Shown: positions 32,144 to 42,053 of the stretch, one piece after another
How the letters are laid out: each line of letters opens with the position of its first letter
Position numbering within the stretch: position 1 is the first letter of the stretch
Assembly (NCBI GenBank): GCA_965218795.1
Contig: OZ244653.1
Span: 1,024,001-1,088,000 of the forward strand
Source of the DNA: a bacterium
GTDB taxonomy: Bacteria; UBA8248; JACPRG01; G963555815
Direction of reading: 5' to 3'
Length of the DNA stretch: 64,000 nucleotides
Notes under the pieces: model-generated
Databases searched by the model: none
Seen by the model: only the letters and a program-made list of their open reading frames with translations
Told to the model about the DNA's origin: nothing
Program-made: the position numbers and the translations under genes

Positions 32144-33559
32144 GTGGCAATCGATCTACTGATCCGCAACGGCACCATCGTCACCCCCGATGCAACGTTC
32201 AAGGCATCGGTCGGCATCGACAAAGGGAAAGTCGTCGCCATCGGCGAAGAAATGAGCATCCCTGAAGGCCGGACCGTCATCAACGCCGAGGGGCTGCACG
32301 TCCTCCCCGGCCTGATCGACGCACACGTCCATCTCCGCGAGCCGGGTGTCGAGTACAAAGAGGATTTCAACACCGGGAGCCGGGCGGCGGTGGCCGGGGG
32401 AATCACCACGGTCGTTGACATGCCCAACGTCATTCCCCCCACGGCCGATGTGTCCGCCTTCGACCTGAAGGTCAGCTGCCTGCGCGGCAAATCCTTCGTG
32501 GACGTCGCCGTGCTCGCCGTGGTCCTCAACACCAACCTGAAGCAACTGATTCCGCTCCACAAGGCTGGAGTCATCGGTTATAAGGTTTTCCTCGGCGAGA
32601 CCGTCGGCGGAATTCCCGCGCCCGACGACGGCCCGCTGATCGAGGCCTGGGACATCATCGCCCCCACCGGACGCCGCACATGCATCCACGGCGAGCACCG
32701 CCCCATTACCAGTCATCTGATTGAGAAGTTCAAAAAGGAGGGGCGCAAGGATCCGCTGGCGCACGTGGACAGCCGACCGCCCATCTCCGCGGTCCAGGCC
32801 GTCATGACCGCGATCAACTACTGCCGCCTCACGGGGGCCAAGCTGCACGACCTGCATGAAGGCTGCAAAGAAGTCATCGACATGATCCGCGAAACCAAGG
32901 AAAAGGGCGACGTGGACGTGACCGTGGAAACCGGGCCCCATTATCTCCTCATGACCGCCGAGGACATGAAGAAGAAGAAAATCGGGAACATGCTCCGCAT
33001 GAACCCCCCGATCCGCTACAAAGGGCACCATGACACGCTCTGGAAGGGACTGAACGACGGAACGATCGACATGATCGCGACGGACCATTCCCCGCACACG
33101 GTCGAGGAAAAATCCCAGGAGAGCATCTGGGACACCATCCCGGGCTTCCCGGGCGTTCAGACGAACGTCCCGCTGATCCTCACGGAGGTCAACAAGGGCC
33201 GGATGAGCCTCAACCAGTATGTCCGGGTCCAATCCGAGAACCCCGCGAAGGTCTGGCAGATGTATCCCGAGAAGGGGTCGCTGCAGCTCGGAACGGACGG
33301 CGACATCACGATCGTTGACTTGAAGAAGAAAGGCGTCATCCGCACCAAAGATCTCCTGTCGAAGAACAAGATCACGCCTTGGGACGGCTGGAAGGTCCAG
33401 GGGATGCCCGTCTATACCATCATCCGGGGACACGTCGTCATGGGAAACGGGAAGATCAACGGACCGCCGATCGGCGACCTGGTCACGCCCGTGGACCACA
33501 AGCCGGCCCGCAAGTCGGCCTCCAAGCCCAAACGCGCGGCGAGCGGAAAGAAAAAGTAG
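32144..33559 (+). CDS. Cyclic amidohydrolase (allantoinase/dihydroorotase family)
   Basis: PGLIDAHVHLREPG, GGITT..DMPN, GYK, MNPPIR, IATDHSPH; RBS AAGGAG before GTG. Confidence 0.9.
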   Translation: MAIDLLIRNGTIVTPDATFKASVGIDKGKVVAIGEEMSIPEGRTVINAEGLHVLPGLIDAHVHLREPGVEYKEDFNTGSRAAVAGGITTVVDMPNVIPPTADVSAFDLKVSCLRGKSFVDVAVLAVVLNTNLKQLIPLHKAGVIGYKVFLGETVGGIPAPDDGPLIEAWDIIAPTGRRTCIHGEHRPITSHLIEKFKKEGRKDPLAHVDSRPPISAVQAVMTAINYCRLTGAKLHDLHEGCKEVIDMIRETKEKGDVDVTVETGPHYLLMTAEDMKKKKIGNMLRMNPPIRYKGHHDTLWKGLNDGTIDMIATDHSPHTVEEKSQESIWDTIPGFPGVQTNVPLILTEVNKGRMSLNQYVRVQSENPAKVWQMYPEKGSLQLGTDGDITIVDLKKKGVIRTKDLLSKNKITPWDGWKVQGMPVYTIIRGHVVMGNGKINGPPIGDLVTPVDHKPARKSASKPKRAASGKKK

Positions 33560-33569
33560 CCAATCCGGC

Positions 33570-33600
33570 GCCGGTCCGCGCGGACTCCGCGGGGACCGGC
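33570..33600. terminator. Intergenic GC-rich hairpin
   Basis: GCCGGTCC...GGACCGGC inverted repeat after the stop codon. Confidence 0.45.
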
Positions 33601-33645
33601 GGCCGTTGTACAGTGTCCGACCACCCGTTGTTGGAGGAAAATCCG

Positions 33646-34815
33646 ATGAGCACCGCCCTGGAGGATCGGGGAGCGGTTTCCCGCCCGGCCATCGAAGACA
33701 ACCTGTATCTGTTCTGGAGCCTCATGGAGGACGCCGGAATCCGACGCGGCCAAATCCTGAAAACGCTCCGGGAGGGAGAGCGCCGCCTGGGGACGACCCG
33801 CCTGGAGGAAATTCAGCACATGAGCCGGGGCGCGGAAGTCCCGTTCGTGGAACTTCTCGCCTTCAATCTGTATGAGGACGCGGTGTTCCGCGACGGGTGC
33901 ACCGTGCTCATGGCATTGGGGAAGGCCTCAGCTTCGGGAAATCCGATCCTCCTGAAGAACAGCGACAAGGTCGGCGGAAAGACCCTGGAAGGGCCCAACT
34001 TCCACCTCAACAAGGAAATCAACGTCATTCAGGACACACGCTCGGACTCGGGCCACCGGATTCTGGGCGTTTGCGCCGCGGGATCGACCGGAATCAAGAT
34101 GGGGATGAACGACGCGGGCGTCGTCACGGCCAGCAATATCGGACGAACGACGGAGCTCAAAGAGAAGAAGGTGGATCTGACATCACTCCGGGCGATCGAT
34201 CGGGCCCAGATCATGCGCGACGGCCTGGAGTTCGACAACGCCCACGAGGCCGCGGACAAGACCCTGGCCGATCTGATGAAGAACCCGATGAGCACGCCCG
34301 GCAACGTCGAGTTCCTCGACAAGGATGAATGCTTCATCATCGAGGGGTCTTACACGCAGTTCGCGGTGGAGATCGTCCGGGGTGATCGGGTTGCCGCGCG
34401 CGCCAATCACTTCCGCCTCCTCGACCAATTGAACGACCCGGATGACGTTGCGGGGCACAAGCGATACGCGCGCTGCATGGAGCTTCTGGAGGGGCACTAC
34501 GGCGGCATCGACCGCGCCAGGATGATCGACTTCTCGATGGATCACGCCAACGGGCCGGGCCCCAGTTCCATCTGCCGATACGGAACGGCCCCTGAAGAAG
34601 AAACCTCACTCTCGGCGATGGTCATGGAGATCGATCCGGAGAATCCGAAAAAATCCGTAGCCAGCATCTGCCTGGGCAAGCCCAGTTATGCCTGGCGGGA
34701 TCCCGCGGGCAACATCACATTGACGATGGACAGTCCTCCGGAGGAGATTCCGGAGGAGTTCCTGAACGGGGAGATCTGGAAGCGGTTTTATTCGGAGGAA
34801 CCGTTCGCGGCCTGA
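33646..34815 (+). CDS. Ntn-hydrolase, peptidase C45 (acyl-CoA:6-APA acyltransferase-like)
   Basis: Autocleavage DG-CT, KNSD, GMNDAGV, RANHF. Confidence 0.8.
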   Translation: MSTALEDRGAVSRPAIEDNLYLFWSLMEDAGIRRGQILKTLREGERRLGTTRLEEIQHMSRGAEVPFVELLAFNLYEDAVFRDGCTVLMALGKASASGNPILLKNSDKVGGKTLEGPNFHLNKEINVIQDTRSDSGHRILGVCAAGSTGIKMGMNDAGVVTASNIGRTTELKEKKVDLTSLRAIDRAQIMRDGLEFDNAHEAADKTLADLMKNPMSTPGNVEFLDKDECFIIEGSYTQFAVEIVRGDRVAARANHFRLLDQLNDPDDVAGHKRYARCMELLEGHYGGIDRARMIDFSMDHANGPGPSSICRYGTAPEEETSLSAMVMEIDPENPKKSVASICLGKPSYAWRDPAGNITLTMDSPPEEIPEEFLNGEIWKRFYSEEPFAA

Positions 34816-34838
34816 ACGGGAAAACAGAGGGGAATCGA

Positions 34839-35895
34839 TCAGGAAAGTCTTGCCGCCAGCCAGTCGGCCATCTTGGGGCGCTCGAAGTGGGCGACATGGT
34901 GGACGCCGTGGATTCCGTTCGGTATCAGGACCAGTTCCGTTTCCCCGCCCGCCTCGGCGGCCATCTGACGGGCCCGTTCCGCAGGCATGATAGCGTCGTT
35001 TTCGCCGTGGAGGATGTAGAGCGGGCATTTGAGGTTTTCCCAAGACCCCCTTTAGCGAGAACGGCCTCAGATAGTCCTTGGTTTCTTCCCAGCTGCCTGT
35101 TTTCGTCACGTGCTGGAAGCCATCCTTGATGATGGGCGGCATGGTATCGAAATTCACGAAATCGTAGAAGGCGCCATAGGCGCAGCAGGCGCGGAAGCGC
35201 GGCTCGCGCCCCGCGCAAAGGGGCGCAAGGTAGCCCCCGAAGCTCCTGCCGTACACAGCGATCCGCCTGGTATCGATCTCCGGGCGCGTCAGCAGGTATT
35301 CCAGAACCGCGGTGCCCGTCCGCTCGAAACCGGGTTGGATCGGCATATCGAAATAGACCTCCCCCTGCCCCGGCCCGTCGCACGCAAAGGTGGCCACGCC
35401 GCGGCGAAGGAGCATCTGCTCGAACAGGTAACTCTCCTCTTTGGTGCTCTCCAATCCGCCGATCAGGACGGCGCAGGGTGACTTGGATGGCCCGCCGGGC
35501 AGCCTGAGGAAACCCGGCAACACGGTCCCCTCATAAGGGATCTCGATTCGCTCGGCCGGCGGGACGAGCAACGGTGCCGCCCGGTTGAAGAGATCGACCT
35601 TCCGGTGCTGGGCCGCATTCTTTTTCTCCAGGTCGTGCCAGAACAGGTACTGGCCGTAATGGAAGTACAGGCTGGCCAGCCAAAGCTCCTCCCCCGCCGT
35701 CACCTTCGAGCCCCGCCTCAGCGCTTCTTCCCCTTCGGCTTCGTGGCGGCTTCCCATCTCGCACCAGACGTCGCACCAGTCGTCCCACGCCAGGGTCTTC
35801 GAGCGCATGACGACCAGCTCGTTGTGATTAACGCCGTCGGACAGGAGCCGGGCGGTGTAGTAATCCCACATATCGGAAACGTTGTATTCCGTCAT
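34839..35895 (-). pseudogene. Alpha/beta hydrolase (2,6-dihydroxypseudooxynicotine hydrolase/FrsA-like), frameshift near 35040
   Basis: GGLESTKEE, DGPGQGE, nucleophile GRSFGG; removing one G gives LKCPLYILHGEND...GIHG...DWL. Confidence 0.8.
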
Positions 35896-36268
35896 CGTCA
35901 AGACACCCCGGCAATGGGTACGCTCTACCCTTGGAGACGTGGCCGCGTCAGCCATCCGATCGACCCGCGCCGACTTGCTGACGGCCAAGGATTCATCGAT
36001 GGGATTTTATCGCGGAAACCGCGGGAACGACACAGCCGAGGAAGCCGCGTAAGGAGGCAGGAAGCAGGCCGCGGCAAACCCACCCCCGGCGAGCTTTCTG
36101 ACGAAGACCTGGAAAACGCAGCGGGGAAAAGCGGGCCCGGCCAGGCCCGGCTCTTTATCGCACACGGGCGGGAGCGCCGGGTTTTCGAATCGTATGATTT
36201 TGAGCGCGTCGAAAGAAGGAGAATTCCTGTAGGGCGTGTTGCCCTCAAAAAAGACCGAAGACCCGCTT

Positions 36269-37125
36269 CTACCGGATGGTCCCGTCGTTCAGCGTCCAAT
36301 CGTAATGGCCGCCATCGATGCGGACGCGCCCTTCCAGCCTCGCGGCCAAGTCGGGGGCGGCATATTTTTTCAAGTGCTCGATGACCGATTGGTCGGTCCC
36401 GCCGAAGTCTTCGATGAACCACCGGTAAATGCTCGATACAATCAAGCCTCGCTCGGAAACCGAAACGCCCCGGCGATTGTTGATGTAGTTGCGGGCGCCT
36501 TCGTCCAGCAGCCGCTCGGCGTTCTCGGCCGTGTAGGGCACGGACGCCAGATTGGGGCAGCCCAGCGACGCGCAGTTGACGGCGTAATGAACCATCGGAT
36601 CCCGCCAGATGGGCCGAAGGATCCGATGCTCGATGTCGTCCAGACTCACGCGTTCTCCCTCGACGATCGCCAGCTTTTTCCCCCAGGGTCCCCAGGAAAA
36701 CCAGCCCGGGGAGATATTGATCTTCCGGATGCTTTTCACGGGGTAATGGTCCATGACGACTTTGACCGTCAGCGCATTGTAGAGGTTGATCCAATAGGCG
36801 AACTGCTCGCTCCGGTTCAAACCGCTGACGGAAACGGCTTCCAAGGCCCGCAGATCAGTATCCAGTTTTTCACATCAGCCTCTTTCACCATGCCGTAACC
36901 CAGACGATTGATCCCGTCCCTCCCGTGGGAGAGATACTTGTGAAGGAATTCCGCCCAGAGGTCATGATTGACGGTTTGACGGGACGACGGCTGATTGGCG
37001 AGCCACCGCTCCCAGAGATCCACCTTGGGCGCGGCTTCGGCCTGGATTGGCGCTACGGGCAATAGCAACAGGCCCGGGACGAGGCCCATAATAAGCTTTT
37101 TCACGATGGAACCGACTGCACACAT
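36269..37125 (-). pseudogene. DUF547-domain secreted protein, frameshift in the A5 run at 36866-36870
   Basis: AYWINLYNA, LDDIEH.ILR, HYAVNCASLGCP, YDWTLN; signal peptide in the 5' frame. Confidence 0.82.
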
Positions 37126-37385
37126 TTCCCCCTCCCCTCTTCCCTAGATTTGACTCAAAATCCGGAAAAAGGGTTCAAGCATTCCATCTTGGAAATCAAA
37201 CATTATTACCTGTTTTGTCCCGGCAAAAGCCGAAATTTCAGGGTCCTTGAGCCATTGCCTGACAATGGAGAACCACAACGTCACGATTCCATTCCGGATA
37301 TCCTGGGAGTTGCGGTCCGAATAGCTCCTCCGGCAACCTGTGGAAAGACTGATTGACAAATCGCCATTATTTTAATAAACACATG

Positions 37386-37411
37386 AATCAATAAATTATA
37401 ACTTATTGATT
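37386..37411. promoter_or_regulatory. Palindromic operator in AT-rich divergent promoter region
   Basis: AATCAATAA-A-TTATAA-C-TTATTGATT; TTGACA at 37353-37358. Confidence 0.6.
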
Positions 37412-37471
37412 AAAAATAAATTATCATCATATGAATCGTGCTGAGATCCATTCTTGAAAGGAGGCCCGGCC

Positions 37472-38869
37472 ATGCCCAGCCTGCTCATCGAGGGCGGATA
37501 TGTCCTCACGATGAATCCAAACCGGGAGATCATCCGTGACGGGGCCGTCGTCATACAGGGAAACCGCATCGCCTGGGTCGGAAAAAAGTCGGATTTGACG
37601 GATTCGCAGCGAAAAGGTGTGCGGATCATCGACGCCGCGGGGAAACTCGTCCTGCCCGGCTTCGTGGACGCCCACGTCCACAATTCCCAAATGCTGGCGC
37701 GCGGCATCAGCGACGATGTGGACCTGATGACCTGGCTTTACGAGCGCATCCTTCCATACGAGGCCCTGCTCACCCCGGAAGACGCCTACATCAGCACCCT
37801 GCTCTGTTGCGTGGAGATGATCCGGACGGGCACAACCACAACCGCCGACCCCGGCAGCTACCAGATGGATCAGGTGGCGCAGGGCATGGCCGATACCGGG
37901 ATCCGCGGCATCATCTCCTGGGCGGCCAATGACGAGTATGCGGTGGACCGTCCGCTCCCCAAGGACCTGCCCGGAAACGTCTCGACCGAGGAATCGATCC
38001 AGATTCAGGAAGACCTGATCCGCAGATGGCAGGGCGCGGAAAACGGGCGGATTGGGGTCTCTTACGCCATTCGGACGGAAGTCAACGCCAGCAAGGATCT
38101 GCTTCAGGAGATCCACCGGCTTTCGGCGGAGAATGGGCTGATCGCCCAGATGCACGTCGCCGTGGTGCCCGAACAGTCGGAATACATGAGGAAGAAAACG
38201 GGCATGCCGAGCATCGAGTACCTGCACTCCATCGGCTGCCTTGGACCGAATTGGCTGCTGACCCACATGGCGTGGCTGTCGGACCACGAAGCGGACTTGG
38301 TGGCGGAGACTGATACGCGCGTCTGTCACTGCCCCGGAGCGGCGCTCAAGTGCGTGTACGGCTCCGTCTCGCAGGGGAAGTTCCCTGAAATGTTCGAGAA
38401 GGGGGTCACCATCGCCCTGGGCTGTGACGCGAGCGCCGCCAACAACACGCTGGACATGTTCCGGGCGATGTACCACGTCTCCACCGCCCACAAGGAGGCG
38501 CGGATGGACGCCGCCCTCCTCCCCCCTGAAAAGGCGCTCGAGATGGCCACGATCGACAGCGCCAAAGCGCTCAAGATGGATGACGAGGTCGGCTCGCTCG
38601 AGGCCGGGAAGAAAGCCGACGTCATTGTGGTCAATCCCAACCGCCCCAATTGGCTTCCCATGCACGAGTTCTCGATCGTTCCCAATATCGTCTACGCGGG
38701 GGACGGCCACGACGTCGAGACCAGTGTCATCGACGGCAGGGTCGTGATGGAAAGGAGCAGGATCAAGACGGTCGACGAGGAAGAGATAGTGGAAAAGGCG
38801 CGGGAGGCCGGCCGCCGGCTGGTCAGCGAGCTCCCTTATCGGCTGGAACCCCGATGGCCTGTCATATAA
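37472..38869 (+). CDS. Amidohydrolase, MTA/SAH-deaminase/AtzA-like
   Basis: PGFVDAHVH, EMIRTGTTT, MH, THM, LGCD, GSLEAGKKAD. Confidence 0.9.
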   Translation: MPSLLIEGGYVLTMNPNREIIRDGAVVIQGNRIAWVGKKSDLTDSQRKGVRIIDAAGKLVLPGFVDAHVHNSQMLARGISDDVDLMTWLYERILPYEALLTPEDAYISTLLCCVEMIRTGTTTTADPGSYQMDQVAQGMADTGIRGIISWAANDEYAVDRPLPKDLPGNVSTEESIQIQEDLIRRWQGAENGRIGVSYAIRTEVNASKDLLQEIHRLSAENGLIAQMHVAVVPEQSEYMRKKTGMPSIEYLHSIGCLGPNWLLTHMAWLSDHEADLVAETDTRVCHCPGAALKCVYGSVSQGKFPEMFEKGVTIALGCDASAANNTLDMFRAMYHVSTAHKEARMDAALLPPEKALEMATIDSAKALKMDDEVGSLEAGKKADVIVVNPNRPNWLPMHEFSIVPNIVYAGDGHDVETSVIDGRVVMERSRIKTVDEEEIVEKAREAGRRLVSELPYRLEPRWPVI

Positions 38870-38988
38870 CGGTGGATTGCAGGCATATCACCAGCGAGCG
38901 GCCGAATCGCTTTCTGCTGAAGCGGCTCCCGCAAACAGGAGGCTCACATGAATGCTCAAGACTCTGAAGGACGAGAAAGTCTGGCCGG

Positions 38989-39591
38989 TCAGCCAGCCGG
39001 ACCCTCCTGCTTCCCCAAGGCCTCGATGACCTCATCGGTCGGGTCCATGCCCATGATGACCTGTCCGTCAACGATATACGTGGGAATGCCCTCCACGCCC
39101 ATCGACTCCCCCTGCCGCCTCAGGTCGTCAAGCTCTTTCGCGTAGGTTCGAGCTTCCAGGGTCTCGCTCAAAGCCTTCCCGTCGAGCCCGGCCTGTTCCC
39201 CGATCGATATCAGGACCTGGGGGTCGCCGATATCCAGGTCTTCATGGAACCGCGCTTGATAAACGGCGTTCCGGAACTCCTTCATCTTCCCCTGATCCCT
39301 GGCGAAGAGCGTCGCCTGATGCGCCAAGCGGGTTCGGCACTTGTTCTGGGGGAAGATGAGCGTCATGCCGTACCTTTCCGCCAGAGACCTGTGCCGGGCC
39401 AGCCGCTGCTCCGCTTCCTCCGGCGTCGATTCCAGAAACGCGACACCTTCCGGGCGTCCTTCCCAAGGGGTCCAGAGGACCTTGACGCCGGTTTCCTTCT
39501 CAATGACCTCGGCCCCGCCGAGGGAGACGTAGCAAAACGGTCACGTATAATCCGCGAACTCGTGAATCACTTTTTGTCCTTCGGGCATCAT
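38989..39591 (-). CDS. DsbA/FrnE-family selenoprotein (Sec at codon 17, UPFC motif)
   Basis: RBS GGAGGAG then MMPEGQKVIHEFADYT-TGA-PFCY, in frame with 38989-39366 (GVEGIPTY cis-Pro); hairpin CCTCGGC-GGG-GCCGAGG just downstream of TGA. Confidence 0.85.
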
Positions 39592-39727
39592 GTCGCTCCT
39601 CCTCATTGTGGGTCAGGTGAAATCAATCGCTTGACATCGGAAGATAATCAGCCCCCGCCCTGCGCGTCGGGATGTGGCTGAAAACGCCCCCCCGAACACC
39701 CGGTCCATTTCTGAAGCGGCCCTGCGA

Positions 39728-40879
39728 TCAGACCGCGGACAGCGCCTTGGAGGGGACGCAGACCAAACCTTCCATCAACCGCCGGGCCGTGCGTATGACC
39801 GTGGCCTTGAGCAGCTCGCCGTCCCGCACCTCGGCTTCAACCTCGATCACGCCGGCCGGGTGGCCGATGCGGAGGGTCTTCGGCAGCCCGCCCCGGGCCT
39901 CGCGGACGATTCGGTTCACCAGCGTCCCTTCGGTGCAGGCCGCCGCGGCCGTGCAGATCGCGCCCGTCAGGGCGTACGCCTTGTGGGCCCTGCCCATCGA
40001 CAACATGCGGCCGCGCAGATCGTGCTCCTCGGCGGAGACGGGACGGCCGGAAGCGTCCGTGTAATCCTCGGGCGGGGCCACAACGGCGACCTTCGGAATC
40101 GCCTGGCTCTCCAGGCGGGCGTGCGCCGGGTCCATCACGAATCCGAGCTGGAAGGCCACCTCGCCCCGAATCCGCTCCAGTCTGGCCAGGACGACTTGTG
40201 AGGCCTCCATCTCGTCGGCGGTCTCCGATCCGGTCCAGCCGACCTGCTCGGCCGGGACGAAGAACAGCGGGTTGGCCGCGTCCACAACGGAAAGGGTGAA
40301 GGCGCCGTACTCCCCGACATCCACCTCGTCCACGGGTTTGCCCAGGGGAAGGAGCTTTCCGGTCACCGCGCCTCCGGCCTCGAGGAACCCGACCCGAATG
40401 GGCGGAGCCGTTCCGGGCACTCCGGGGATGTACGTATCGCCCTCTTCCCTGGGCGCGCCCCCTTCAACGGGAACGGCGAGCTCGATCACCTTGTTCGTGT
40501 TCGTATTCAGGACGCGGACGCGCGCTTCAGAGTCCGTACGCTCCACCCATCCCTCCTCGACGGCGAACAGCCCGACCGCAGAGGAGATGTTCCCGCAGTT
40601 GTTGCGCCAATCCACCGAGGGCCGGTCCAAGGAGACCTGCGCGAACGTGTAATCGACGTCGATCCCTTCCCTGTCCGACGGACCGACGATGGCGCACTTG
40701 CTCGTCAACGGGTCCGCCCCGCCCAGACCGTCGATCTGGCGGGGGTCCGGACTGCCGAACGCGGCCACCAGTATCCGGTCTCGCGTCTCCCGGTCATCGG
40801 GCAGGTCCTCTTCCTTGAAGAACAGGGCCTTGCTCGTGCCGCCCCGCATGATGACGCAGGGTATCCTTGCCTGGACCAT
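39728..40879 (-). CDS. PrpF-family isomerase (methylaconitate/methylitaconate/oxalomesaconate isomerase-like)
   Basis: MRGGTSKA, QIDGLGG..LTSK, NCGN, SMGRAHKAYALTG, HPAG, RTARRLMEG. Confidence 0.92.
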   Translation of the reverse strand: MVQARIPCVIMRGGTSKALFFKEEDLPDDRETRDRILVAAFGSPDPRQIDGLGGADPLTSKCAIVGPSDREGIDVDYTFAQVSLDRPSVDWRNNCGNISSAVGLFAVEEGWVERTDSEARVRVLNTNTNKVIELAVPVEGGAPREEGDTYIPGVPGTAPPIRVGFLEAGGAVTGKLLPLGKPVDEVDVGEYGAFTLSVVDAANPLFFVPAEQVGWTGSETADEMEASQVVLARLERIRGEVAFQLGFVMDPAHARLESQAIPKVAVVAPPEDYTDASGRPVSAEEHDLRGRMLSMGRAHKAYALTGAICTAAAACTEGTLVNRIVREARGGLPKTLRIGHPAGVIEVEAEVRDGELLKATVIRTARRLMEGLVCVPSKALSAV

Positions 40880-41093
40880 CGAACGCCTCCGCATAACCTG
40901 TTTTCTACCTGAGAGAATATCAGACTTTCCCGCGGGGCTCCCTGACAAACCTGTCGAACGTCCAGCGGGCTCCGGAAAACTTGGGTCCCTCTCCCACTCG
41001 CATCAGAATTCGTCCGCCCTGTCATTCCGAACGTTGGCTGGCCCGCGCGAGGGAGCCGCTCCGGCCTGAACATGGCCGGATTGGGCGGTCCTG

Positions 41094-41226
41094 TGGATTC
41101 CCGCTTCCGCGGGAATGACAAGTGAGGCGTGGCCTGCGGGAATGCCCCCCGCCTGAGACACACGGGGGGCCAGGCTCGTCGGGGCTCGACAGGGACCTGC
41201 CTGTCATTCCTGCGCAGGCAGGAATC
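41094..41226. repeat. Inverted pair of REP-like palindromes
   Basis: TGGATTCCCGCTTCCGCGGGAATGAC (41094-41119) and GTCATTCCTGCGCAGGCAGGAATC (41203-41226). Confidence 0.8.
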
Positions 41227-41967
41227 TATGAGCATTTAAGTAGAGGGACTGGGCGGGAAGGACGAAGCAGAAGGGGAGCTGCTGTGATGCCAACTTCAAG
41301 AAAGGGGGTGAGATGAAGCCTGAAAGCCCTTTCGACCAATGCCTCAAAGTAAATTCCTTGTGAGGGAATGTTTGGATAAATTGAATGGTGGGTTCGAACA
41401 AGTGTCTCAATTGTTGTAAGTAAGCCTTCTGCAAATATTTCCTGCCGCTGCTCCATGCCATTATCCCGCTCTTGGATTGAATGGGATTCTACAGCATACC
41501 GGTTGAGATTTCGGTTGTAATAAGTAGACGATTCAGACGATTATTCGTTTGACTTTCGTATGGTTCTGGCTCATATTTGATCAAAGCCTTATGGGGGAAA
41601 GGACAATTGCGTCCGATAGCAAGAGTTGAGAATCAACCAGACACAGGATGTTGGGGTAAGGTGCGCTTGCCTGCCGGGGAACAACCCGAAACATTGAAAA
41701 AGGACCAAACAAAGCCAAATTTTCCAAGCCTGGATTGAACTTTTTCTTTGGCTTTTGGCTTTCCGGGAGAAAGCCTGACCCAAAGATTTCACGGATTCTT
41801 AGAGAGGACCCTCGCGTCCCCTCGGGACGATGATCCGATTCTTCGGGGGAAACGTTTGGGGTGGGCCTCAGAATGACGGTTCAGGCCGGGACAGTGACCG
41901 GCCCTTGCAGCCACGCGAAGGGACATCGTCCCAAGCGCGGCGAGACCGCTGCGGCACGTTTGAGTCT

Positions 41968-41993
41968 GTCATTCCTGCGCAGGCAGGAATCCA
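41968..41993. repeat. REP-like palindrome
   Basis: GTCATTCCTGCGCAGGCAGGAATCCA. Confidence 0.8.
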
Positions 41994-42053
41994 CTGTGGC
42001 TCTTGAGTCTGTGACTCTGCCGGCGGCCCGGTTCTGGACTGAAAAACCCTGAC

